This document shows positions 48,250 to 56,164 of a stretch of DNA of 56,164 nt, piece by piece. The DNA is from a virus (Duplodnaviria; Caudoviricetes). The position numbers were made by a program, and so were the translations under genes. The notes under the pieces are model-generated. The model was not told where the DNA came from and did not search any database. It saw only the letters and a program-made list of their open reading frames with translations. Each line of letters starts with the position of its first letter. Within the stretch, counting starts at the first letter, position 1. Location of the stretch: positions 1-56,164 of IMG/VR virus record IMGVR_UViG_3300005918_000026; one strand, written 5' to 3'.

Positions 48250-49249
48250 ACAGATATTAGTAACTTACGGCACTAGACCAGAATATATAAAAATTCTACC
48301 TCTTATTAAGGAGATGGAAAAAAGACAAATGCGATTTAAAACTTTGTTTACAGGGCAACATAAAGATATTGTTCCTGATGGGGCAGATTTCAACTTAGAA
48401 ATGAAAGATTTCGGCGGCAACAGATTAGACTCTGTTTTGAAAAACTGCCTGTCAACCCCTGAGGTATGTTTTGAGGGTATTAAATATGTTTTGGTACAAG
48501 GAGATACTACGTCGGTAGTTGGTCTAGCTATGGCCGCAATGCACAGACAAATCAAGGTGATTCACCTAGAGGCTGGACTTAGAACTTATGATAAGAAGAA
48601 TCCATACCCAGAAGAGACAAACAGGAGAATAGTATCATCAATTGCTGATATTCACCTGTGTCCAACAGTTTTAAATAAAGAGAATTTGAAAAATGAAAAA
48701 GTGGGGGGTGATATATATATTGTAGGAAACACTGTGTTAGATAATTTGCTGGAATATAAAAAAGATTGTGAATATACAAATAAAGTTTTGGTCACAATGC
48801 ACAGGCGAGAAAATCATTGGAACATGCATAAATGGTTTGCGGAAATAAATCTACTTGCTAAAACACACTCTCATTTGGAGTTTATTATACCATTGCATCC
48901 AAATCCAAACGTGCAAAAACATAAACATTTGTTAGAAAATGTTAAAATTGTTAATCCTCTTTCTCACGATGAGCTTATTAAAATCTTAGTTAAATGTCGA
49001 TTTGTAATAACGGATAGTGGAGGCTTGCAAGAAGAGTGCAGTTACTTCAATAAGAAGTGTCTAGTTTGCCGAAAAGTTACCGAGAGGCCAGAGTCAGTGG
49101 GCTCTACAAGTTTTATGGTAGAAGACCCTTTCGATTTAAGTATATTATTTAATATTTATATATATGATTATAAGACAGATACAGTTTCTCCATATGGAGA
49201 TGGAAAAAGCGCAAAAAAGATTTGTGACATTTTTCAAGATAACTATTAG
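48233..49249 (+). CDS. wecB: UDP-N-acetylglucosamine 2-epimerase (non-hydrolysing)
   Basis: GTRPEYIK, TGQH, VQGDTTS, HLEAGLRT, PYPEE.NR, HRREN, TDSGGLQEE, ERPE, YGDG. Confidence 0.95.
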   Translation: MILKDKQILVTYGTRPEYIKILPLIKEMEKRQMRFKTLFTGQHKDIVPDGADFNLEMKDFGGNRLDSVLKNCLSTPEVCFEGIKYVLVQGDTTSVVGLAMAAMHRQIKVIHLEAGLRTYDKKNPYPEETNRRIVSSIADIHLCPTVLNKENLKNEKVGGDIYIVGNTVLDNLLEYKKDCEYTNKVLVTMHRRENHWNMHKWFAEINLLAKTHSHLEFIIPLHPNPNVQKHKHLLENVKIVNPLSHDELIKILVKCRFVITDSGGLQEECSYFNKKCLVCRKVTERPESVGSTSFMVEDPFDLSILFNIYIYDYKTDTVSPYGDGKSAKKICDIFQDNY

Positions 49250-49258
49250 TAAGAAAAA

Positions 49259-49290
49259 TTTGATTATATCAAAATAATTTCTTATTATTG
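49259..49290 (+). promoter_or_regulatory. Bacteroidota-type promoter TTTG-N20-TATTATTG
   Basis: One mismatch to TAnnTTTG, correct spacing, 23 nt before the ATG at 49314. Confidence 0.5.
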
Positions 49291-49313
49291 CACTGTATGG
49301 AAAATTTTAAAGT

Positions 49314-50873
49314 ATGAGATTCAAAGATTTAACATCTAAACAAATCTCCTATGCTAAAGAAGTCTACTATAATAAAGACTTATCTTGGGACGAGCGCATG
49401 GGGATTCTACAAAAACTTTTTGAAAAATGTGAGCGAACCACAAGAAAGTGGCTTATTACGCTTGGGATTGTCACCAATCAAAAGAAGGACTCTGAGGATT
49501 CGGAGCAATATGAGGAGGCGAAAAAAAAGACTCATGATAAAACTAAAAAAAGGTTTTTGATAACGTGGGCTCAAAACAACACGCCTGTACATAAACCGTT
49601 TTTTGATAATATGAAGGCGTATGCTGAATTTATTGATGCCGACATTCATGTTATCGCTGGTCGATATAAAAATCCAACATCTGTATTTTCTGATTACGCT
49701 CATGATTACTGGGTTGATGATGTACTTCCGTTTTTGGATGCAAATCGACATGATATTCATAAGTATGTGTCGGTAATGTCAGATGTGAAGATTCAACCAA
49801 CAGCCGTTAATCCACTTAGCGGTTTAGAGGGAATGAGTGGAATTAATTCTTGCGTATTTGGTTCTCCCCGTGTCCACCTCAAGGTGATTGCGGCTATGGA
49901 GGGTCACAAGCCGAAGATAATGATGACAACTGGGTCTGTTACTAAGAAGAATTATACAGATTCTAAAGTAGGCAAAAAAGGTGAATTTCATCATACACTT
50001 GGATTTGTAATTGTAGAAATAAGTAGTGAAGACAAATTCTTTGCTCGTCAGGTAACTGCAAAGCAAAACGGGAGTTTCTGTGATTTAATATTCGAAGTTA
50101 AAGACGGAGATGTGGAAGAAATTGACAGAGTAGCTGCAGCTGTACTTGGAGATATTCATCTACATAACATAGACAAAGATGTTATTGATACAACTGTTGA
50201 TTTTTTAGATAGAATAAAACCTAAACATACTATACTTCATGATTTATTTGATGGGTGGTCAATTAGTCACTGGCATACTAAAAATCCAATAAAACTTTAT
50301 CAAAAACAATTAGATGGTTCCGATTCTTTAAAGAAGGAAATAAGTCAGATGGTTGATTGGCTAGAAGACATGAGAAGGTATAATCTTGTTATAGTTCGAA
50401 GTAATCATGATGATTTTGTTGATAGGTGGGTAGTTAATAGTGACTGGAAGAAAAATATTATAAATTCGGTTGAATATATGGAATATGCTAAAGTTCTGTT
50501 ACAGGGCGAGGCTCCTAATGGAATTATCCCATATGTAATAAATAAGAATTTTAATGATATTAAAACTCTTAGTCGAACAGATAGTTACATTGTTAAAGGT
50601 TGGGAACTTGGAGCTCATGGAGACTATGGTCAAAATGGAAGTCGAGGCAGTATAGGACAATTTAGAAGGTTAAATACAAAGGTGGTTACAGCCCATTCGC
50701 ACACTCCCGCTAGACAAGATGGTGCATTAACCGTTGGAACTACAACTAAGCTGAAAATGGATTATAATGAAGGAGGTCCTAGCACTTGGTTACATTCTCA
50801 TGTAATCATTCATGAGAGCGGAAAAGCTCAACATATAATTATTATTGGGGGGGAATTTACAACCTTGATATAA
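49314..50873 (+). CDS. Metallophosphoesterase with N-terminal HTH-like region (T5 A1-like)
   Basis: AQNNTPVH, PTAVNPLSG, GDIH, HDLFDG, SNHD, HGD.GQNGSRG, HSHTP, GPSTW. Confidence 0.75.
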   Translation: MRFKDLTSKQISYAKEVYYNKDLSWDERMGILQKLFEKCERTTRKWLITLGIVTNQKKDSEDSEQYEEAKKKTHDKTKKRFLITWAQNNTPVHKPFFDNMKAYAEFIDADIHVIAGRYKNPTSVFSDYAHDYWVDDVLPFLDANRHDIHKYVSVMSDVKIQPTAVNPLSGLEGMSGINSCVFGSPRVHLKVIAAMEGHKPKIMMTTGSVTKKNYTDSKVGKKGEFHHTLGFVIVEISSEDKFFARQVTAKQNGSFCDLIFEVKDGDVEEIDRVAAAVLGDIHLHNIDKDVIDTTVDFLDRIKPKHTILHDLFDGWSISHWHTKNPIKLYQKQLDGSDSLKKEISQMVDWLEDMRRYNLVIVRSNHDDFVDRWVVNSDWKKNIINSVEYMEYAKVLLQGEAPNGIIPYVINKNFNDIKTLSRTDSYIVKGWELGAHGDYGQNGSRGSIGQFRRLNTKVVTAHSHTPARQDGALTVGTTTKLKMDYNEGGPSTWLHSHVIIHESGKAQHIIIIGGEFTTLI

Positions 50874-50892
50874 AATTTTTATAACTCAAAAT

Positions 50893-50925
50893 AAAAAAGC
50901 CTTTACTTTCGTAGGGGCTTTTTTT
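50893..50925 (+). terminator. Intrinsic terminator
   Basis: GCCTTTAC-TTTC-GTAGGGGC followed by T7. Confidence 0.8.
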
Positions 50926-50947
50926 ATTTTATAAGAAATATTGAGTT

Positions 50948-51433
50948 ATGAAAAAATTGCCAGAATTATTATATCGATTTCCAAGAGACCCTGATTTTAC
51001 TGATGAAGAGTATTTAAAATGGTGGGATGACTTTGGGTTTCTAGATGTTAATGATGGTGCAAGACTGAAACAAGATGTGGCAAATGCTTTGACAATGGTT
51101 GCAAAAATAATTATTAAAGATACTGATGAAGATGGGGATTTAAAAGAGAATGTTAATGCTATAATTTTTGCAATGACCGTGAGAGTTTTTCGTAAACCAG
51201 AGGTATATGTGAAAATGGATGGAGAATACCACCTTTCAAAGCGTTATTATACAATACATGAAAATTTTAGATTTGATGAAGAAAAGGCGAAAAATTTTGT
51301 CAAATTTGCAAGTGACTGTTATGACTACTCTGCAATCTCAAAACATTTAAATAAAGTTGATTTAGAAGCTGAATATTGTGCTTTTTTAACAAACTTATAT
51401 ATAGCAGAACAAAACGAACTAAATAGACAATAA
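50948..51433 (+). CDS. Miniature major-capsid-protein paralogue
   Basis: Aligns by eye with the MCP N-terminus (W...G.L...DG.R.K...A..L, F....RVF) and the MCP DAEAELTALL helix (DLEAEYCAFL). Confidence 0.7.
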   Translation: MKKLPELLYRFPRDPDFTDEEYLKWWDDFGFLDVNDGARLKQDVANALTMVAKIIIKDTDEDGDLKENVNAIIFAMTVRVFRKPEVYVKMDGEYHLSKRYYTIHENFRFDEEKAKNFVKFASDCYDYSAISKHLNKVDLEAEYCAFLTNLYIAEQNELNRQ

Positions 51434-51437
51434 AATT

Positions 51438-52238
51438 ATGAAAAAATTAGGAATTTCCATTGACGGAATACTTAGAGACTTTCACGGTCAATTTGATAAA
51501 CAATACAAAAAAGTTTTTGTGCACAATCCAAACTTAGTTGGAATGACAAAAGACTTTCAGGTTAGTGAACTTTCAGAAGAACAATCTAGAGAATTAGCTG
51601 AAAAAATGGAGGATGCTATTAAGGAAAGAATTTCTTATCCAATAGACACTTTCAACATGCTAAATCATTATAAGTTTGAAGATTTGAAAATGTTTGAGAA
51701 TGAAAATTCATTCAGTTCGGAGGGTGGACAGTTTGAAGAATTTCTAAAAGAGAACGAATTCAAGCTTGATGAAATTGTTTTAGAAGACAAAAATACAGAT
51801 TTTACCCCAGAGGAGGCACTTGATTATTTTATGTATGACAAATATCCATTTCAAATATTTGGAGATGCTGATGTATTTAAAAGAGCTGGAGAGAAGTTTA
51901 ATCAACTTCAGGCATATGGTCTTGAAAATAATCTTTTCGAAACAGTGTTACTAACAAATCTTAAAGGTCAAGCTATATCTGCAACTTATTTCTTTTTACA
52001 TAAAGCTGGTTGTAGAGCTAGGAATATAAAAGTTGTTAACGAAAACGTTGACAAATGGAAAGAGTGTGATGTGCTTATAGATGTTGACCCAGAAGTTTTG
52101 CAAAATAAACCAGACGGGAAAACTATAATAAAAATCAATAGAGATTATAATAAATGGGACAAAGTAGATTATAGCTATGACGAGCTATTTGATGTAGTCC
52201 AAGCGAGACAAATATTTGAAAAGTTATTTAAAAAATAG
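51438..52238 (+). CDS. HAD-superfamily 5'(3')-nucleotidase-like protein
   Basis: ISIDGILRDF (first Asp of DxDG replaced by Ser), KW..CDVLID, R.YN. Confidence 0.6.
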   Translation: MKKLGISIDGILRDFHGQFDKQYKKVFVHNPNLVGMTKDFQVSELSEEQSRELAEKMEDAIKERISYPIDTFNMLNHYKFEDLKMFENENSFSSEGGQFEEFLKENEFKLDEIVLEDKNTDFTPEEALDYFMYDKYPFQIFGDADVFKRAGEKFNQLQAYGLENNLFETVLLTNLKGQAISATYFFLHKAGCRARNIKVVNENVDKWKECDVLIDVDPEVLQNKPDGKTIIKINRDYNKWDKVDYSYDELFDVVQARQIFEKLFKK

Positions 52239-52293
52239 AAATAAGTATTTGTTTTAAAGTTTTTTGATTCTATATTTAAAAAAAATGTAAAAA

Positions 52294-53565
52294 ATGAAAG
52301 AAGACGTTCAAAAATCAGTAGAAGAGGTTGACGCTAAAGCGGCAGCTGAGGCTGTAAAAAAAGAAATTGAAAAATCATTAACCGTGGATGTTGATGCCGA
52401 GGCAATACAACATAATGAGATGATTGATGGCATTATAGGGAAAATAAAAGAAAATCAATTTAAATTTTATTTTTTCGCCCCGAACATGAATACTCCTAGT
52501 GGAGGCGTTGCTGTTTTGTTAAAATTAGCAAGAATATTATCAGACCAAGGGATGAATACAATAATTCTTTATGAGCCAAAAATAAACCAGCAAGCTTCAT
52601 ATCAAAAATCTCAAGAAAAAAAGAAACAAATTGAGGTTTATGACAAATTTAATCCAGCCTGGATAGATTTTAGCCTTGAAGGAATTGAATTTGAGCCTAT
52701 GGGTGATGGAAAAAAAGTATTAACATTTTCTGACGACACTAAACAAGTTGCAGAAGTAGTTCAAGTTATGCCTGAGGATTTCATCATTATCCCAGAGGGG
52801 TTTCCTAATGTTATGAAAAAGTTCGCACAAATCAATTGTCAAAAAATTGTATTAGCGCAGAGTTGGTTCTATATATTAAATGCGTTGAATTCTGGTGAAA
52901 CTTGGCAACAATTTGGCATTTCTGATGTTATTACTGTTTCAGATGCTATCACAGAATACCTTATGGCTATTATGCCTGGGTTAAACATCAAGCAGTTTTC
53001 ACAATCAATCGACAGGGGTTTATTTAAGCCACCTGCGAAGCTAACTGAGAAATTCCCTATAGTGGGGTTCATGGCATCAAGAGGTCCTGAAAATAAACTT
53101 AAGACGTACAATATCATAAAAACGTTCCAATCTTTCTATCCTCACTTGAGGTGGGTAAGGTTTGTAGAATTAGCTGGATTGTCAAAAGAAGAGTTTGCAG
53201 ATAGGTTAGCTAGCTGTGCTTTTATTTTATATACGGATGATATTGCAGGTTTTGGAACATTACCTTTAGAAGCTATGGCGTGTAATACTCATGTTGTAGG
53301 GTGGAATGTTTATGGAGGAAAAGAATATGTTACACCTACAAATGGAAATTGGACTGTGAACAATGATTTATTCCAAACGGCAGAAGTTCTAGGAGTTGTT
53401 ATTGACAAGTGGTTGAATGGAGAATTTGACCATCCAGCAATAACTGAGGAGTATGAAAAAACACTTTCAAGATATACGGTTGAAGGTGAAAAAACAGATT
53501 TCTTAAAAATTATTAATGAATATAAAAACAAAAGAATAAATGAACTGGAAAAATTTAAAAAATAG
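52294..53565 (+). CDS. GT-B fold glycosyltransferase (GT4-like)
   Basis: PSGGV, DFIIIPE, AGFGTLPLEAMAC. Confidence 0.8.
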   Translation: MKEDVQKSVEEVDAKAAAEAVKKEIEKSLTVDVDAEAIQHNEMIDGIIGKIKENQFKFYFFAPNMNTPSGGVAVLLKLARILSDQGMNTIILYEPKINQQASYQKSQEKKKQIEVYDKFNPAWIDFSLEGIEFEPMGDGKKVLTFSDDTKQVAEVVQVMPEDFIIIPEGFPNVMKKFAQINCQKIVLAQSWFYILNALNSGETWQQFGISDVITVSDAITEYLMAIMPGLNIKQFSQSIDRGLFKPPAKLTEKFPIVGFMASRGPENKLKTYNIIKTFQSFYPHLRWVRFVELAGLSKEEFADRLASCAFILYTDDIAGFGTLPLEAMACNTHVVGWNVYGGKEYVTPTNGNWTVNNDLFQTAEVLGVVIDKWLNGEFDHPAITEEYEKTLSRYTVEGEKTDFLKIINEYKNKRINELEKFKK

Positions 53566-54490
53566 CAATACACTGATATCTATTTTCATCGATAATATCG
53601 AAGAGCATGCAACTGCTCTTGAGGAAACATTATACAGTGTTTCAAAACAAACTGTCGCTCCAGATTTGTTAGTTTTGACCAAAAATTTATCGGACGAGAG
53701 TAAAAAAACTCTTGAAGAGCTTTTGAATAAACCAAAAATAATCATTAGAACAAAAGAAAAAAATGAAGAGTCTGGTGAGGAAAAAATGGTGGAAATAGAG
53801 CAGGAAACCGATGGTAAAATAAATTATATCATAGTTGATAGCGATGCGAAAAATTTCGCTCAGGTTTATAATCAAGGGTTTAATTTAGCTATCGAAGGTG
53901 ATTACGAGTGGTTCATGCAAATTGAAAGAGAGGATATTGTTGCTCTTCATTGGACAGAAAACCTAAATAAATATTCTGCTGGAGAAGAAGAGGTTAGCTT
54001 ATTTTTCCCACTTATCAGAAATTCTGATAATGGAGTGTTTGCTGGCCTTATGAATGAAGCTGTATGGGTAGACGGTATGGTGGATGAAGCAGGAAAAATG
54101 GATGCGCAACTTTTAATGAAATATAATTGTATGTTTCTTCTTGGTGCTGCGATTAGACCAAAATCTATTCTTGAATATGTTGAAGAGGTGGACGGTAAAT
54201 ATAAACCATTAAAAGAAAGTTTTAGAGTGAGTCATTATTATGAATTTTTATTGAGGTTGGCTTATAATGGAATTAATTCTTTTGCGATTCCAAGACTTGG
54301 ATACGAACTCAGAACATTTGTAAAACCTAATTTTAATCCAACATCTACTAAAATTCCTCGAAATCTTTCCCAATTACCTGCTGAAAATGGAGGAATAGAA
54401 CAGGAAGAGGCAACTTTTTGGGTGGAAGAGGCAAAGAAACAGTATTTCTATAAAGAAGATGAACATATCCGATTTACAAAAAATGGGTAA
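53540..54490 (+). CDS. GT-A fold glycosyltransferase-like protein
   Basis: L.SVSKQTV.P, NFAQVYN.G, WFMQIE.ED, YEFLLRL, IPRLGY. Confidence 0.6.
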   Translation: MNWKNLKNSNTLISIFIDNIEEHATALEETLYSVSKQTVAPDLLVLTKNLSDESKKTLEELLNKPKIIIRTKEKNEESGEEKMVEIEQETDGKINYIIVDSDAKNFAQVYNQGFNLAIEGDYEWFMQIEREDIVALHWTENLNKYSAGEEEVSLFFPLIRNSDNGVFAGLMNEAVWVDGMVDEAGKMDAQLLMKYNCMFLLGAAIRPKSILEYVEEVDGKYKPLKESFRVSHYYEFLLRLAYNGINSFAIPRLGYELRTFVKPNFNPTSTKIPRNLSQLPAENGGIEQEEATFWVEEAKKQYFYKEDEHIRFTKNG

Positions 54491-55433
54491 CGAAGAGGGA
54501 GCATATAGAGAAAATCTAGAACGTCTTAAGTCTGAGGAGGAAATTTCGGTAAAGAAAAAATCCCCCTTAGAGTTAGAGATGGAATCTTCTATTGATAAAG
54601 CTATTGAATCTGCCAAGAAAACATATTGGACGGATGATACAGAAGCTGCTGTGGTAGAATTTTTAGCTCTAGATGAAAACTTTTATTCTCAGAGAATAAA
54701 AGAGGAAATAGACAATGCTAAAAAAGCAAAGCCGTCAAGAAAGCCTGATGAAAAATATATAGACAGGATGGCCAAAATGAGAGCCGAGCTTTTATTAGAT
54801 GAAAGTAGAATAGAGGAAAGAGATAAGGTTTTCAGAGAAAGAATTAGAAAACCTTTTAACAGACTTGTTGAAAACATTATATTTAACTATAAATTGTTTA
54901 GACCAGATATAGACGTTAAAACACTGCATGATGATTGCGAGGGATTCGTTTATCAAAAATTTGTAAATTTCAATCCTTGGATGCGAACAAAATCTTATTC
55001 TTTTTATGGGACAATTGCCAAAAATTATCTTATGGGAGAGAAAAAAAGTTTTGATGTGAAACTACAATCTGACCTAGATTATGAAAACAATAGAGACGAG
55101 GCAGACTCAAGAGAAATCATGGAAATTGATATAGAAGAGGTGGACGATAAAATATATCAATACTTTCAACATGTTATTAAAGAAGTAGAAGGACAGGTCA
55201 ACAAAGAAATGTTGAAAGAAAATCCTTCTGAAAATGATATAAAAGTTGGAGATGCTATAGTTGACATATTTAAAAATCATGAGCTTATAGGAGCTTATAC
55301 AAAAAGTCAAGTATATCATCTTATTAAAGAGTATACAAACTTACAAACAAAAGACATCACTTATTCACTTAGCCGATTCAAAGTATTTTATCGACTTTTA
55401 AAGCAGGAGTTCATTAAGAAAGATGAAACGTAA
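54459..55433 (+). CDS. Phage RNA polymerase sigma factor (gp55-like late sigma)
   Basis: YWT..TEAAV, F.RLVENII..YK, KF..FNP...KSYSFYGTIAKNYL resembling sigma region 2 of T4-like late sigma factors. Confidence 0.7.
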   Translation: MNISDLQKMGNEEGAYRENLERLKSEEEISVKKKSPLELEMESSIDKAIESAKKTYWTDDTEAAVVEFLALDENFYSQRIKEEIDNAKKAKPSRKPDEKYIDRMAKMRAELLLDESRIEERDKVFRERIRKPFNRLVENIIFNYKLFRPDIDVKTLHDDCEGFVYQKFVNFNPWMRTKSYSFYGTIAKNYLMGEKKSFDVKLQSDLDYENNRDEADSREIMEIDIEEVDDKIYQYFQHVIKEVEGQVNKEMLKENPSENDIKVGDAIVDIFKNHELIGAYTKSQVYHLIKEYTNLQTKDITYSLSRFKVFYRLLKQEFIKKDET

Positions 55434-55466
55434 TTTTTTTGCTCTATATTTATAAGAAAAAAAATT

Positions 55467-55853
55467 ATGGCAAAAAATATTAAAATTGACAAAGACGGTT
55501 ATCTTGAAATTCTTGATAAAGTTCTTGACAATCTAAAAGAAGAGCGTGAGCTAGCTTTAGATAGATATAGAAAAGCTGATGATTTAATGGTAACTATTGA
55601 CCAATTTGCTTTACTGGGAAAAAATGCTGTATCATTTTTAACACTAGCTTCAACTACTACTAGTTCTATGGCACTGCTTGCTAAAGAGATAAAATCTATT
55701 GTGTATAAAGAAGATGCTCCTCAAGACATCGATTCAACAATTAGCAACGATTTCAAAAATAAAGTATCAAGACTTAAGGAAGATGAGGATAGAGCTGCTC
55801 CAAATTCTCCAAATGCTCCAAATGTTTCAGACAAACCAAAAACAGAAGAGTAG
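55467..55853 (+). CDS. Hypothetical helical protein
   Basis: 128 aa; TATTTATA at 55447-55454. Confidence 0.7.
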   Translation: MAKNIKIDKDGYLEILDKVLDNLKEERELALDRYRKADDLMVTIDQFALLGKNAVSFLTLASTTTSSMALLAKEIKSIVYKEDAPQDIDSTISNDFKNKVSRLKEDEDRAAPNSPNAPNVSDKPKTEE

Positions 55854-55856
55854 AAT

Positions 55857-56164
55857 ATGGCGTACACACCTCCCATAAAACCACCTTTGACTCAATCACA
55901 ATCAGAGCTTATAGCACAAATGTCTGCTATGAGAAGTCTTATATCTATACCTAGAAAAGTAAGATTGAAGATTCCAAAGAATGAACAGGTTTCAATATAT
56001 GAATATATATTGCAACTTCTAGCACCTATGGGGATAGACCCAGAATTTTTATTTACAGCTTTTTTAAAACAATATTTGACTCCACAAAAAATTAATGAAA
56101 TTATTATTAGAGTTTCGGCTAAACTGGCTGCAAAAAATAAGAAATATTTACCGCCAGGAACCGT
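55857..56164 (+). CDS. Hypothetical protein (partial, runs off window end)
   Basis: ATG at 55857, MAYTPPIKPPLTQSQSELIAQMSAMRSL..., open to the window end. Confidence 0.7.
   Translation, partial: MAYTPPIKPPLTQSQSELIAQMSAMRSLISIPRKVRLKIPKNEQVSIYEYILQLLAPMGIDPEFLFTAFLKQYLTPQKINEIIIRVSAKLAAKNKKYLPPGT

Noticed and set aside
1-56164. tRNA, rRNA, integrase, transposase, intron or intein
   Set aside because: No cloverleaf, rRNA-like, recombinase, homing endonuclease or splicing motifs were recognised by eye; a tRNAscan/Infernal run would be needed to exclude them formally.

Overview
AT-rich fragment of a large T4-like (myovirus-type, probably jumbo) phage genome. The host is most likely Bacteroidota, based on TAnnTTTG-type promoters with a TTG about 20 nt upstream, A-rich leaders without Shine-Dalgarno sites, and a host-like secreted protein with Gln right after the signal peptide. 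Positions 1-33.3 kb are virion morphogenesis: modular tail-fibre and LamG genes, tail tube, sheath, tail terminator, neck proteins, major capsid protein, scaffold, prohead protease, acidic internal-head-like proteins, a VWA protein, a glycosyltransferase and PhoH. Positions 33.4-49.2 kb are an operon of about 21 genes for nucleotide-sugar synthesis, glycosyl transfer and glycan decoration, with no recognisable export or polymerisation machinery. After it come a T5 A1-like phosphoesterase, a miniature capsid-protein paralogue, a HAD-like protein, two more glycosyltransferases and a gp55-like sigma factor. Main leads: (1) a putative virion-glycosylation system, i.e. the glycan operon plus a recurrent [ST][GA]x[ST] motif in exterior structural proteins; (2) a structured ncRNA candidate of about 280 nt with its own host-type promoter at 16.3-16.6 kb; (3) a 161-aa mini-MCP; (4) a candidate -1 frameshift at an A10 run; (5) a TATTTATA late-promoter-like motif that is the reverse complement of the T4 one; (6) three tandem hairpins in the leader of a fibre gene. 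All functional calls come from motif recognition by eye; no database searches were run.
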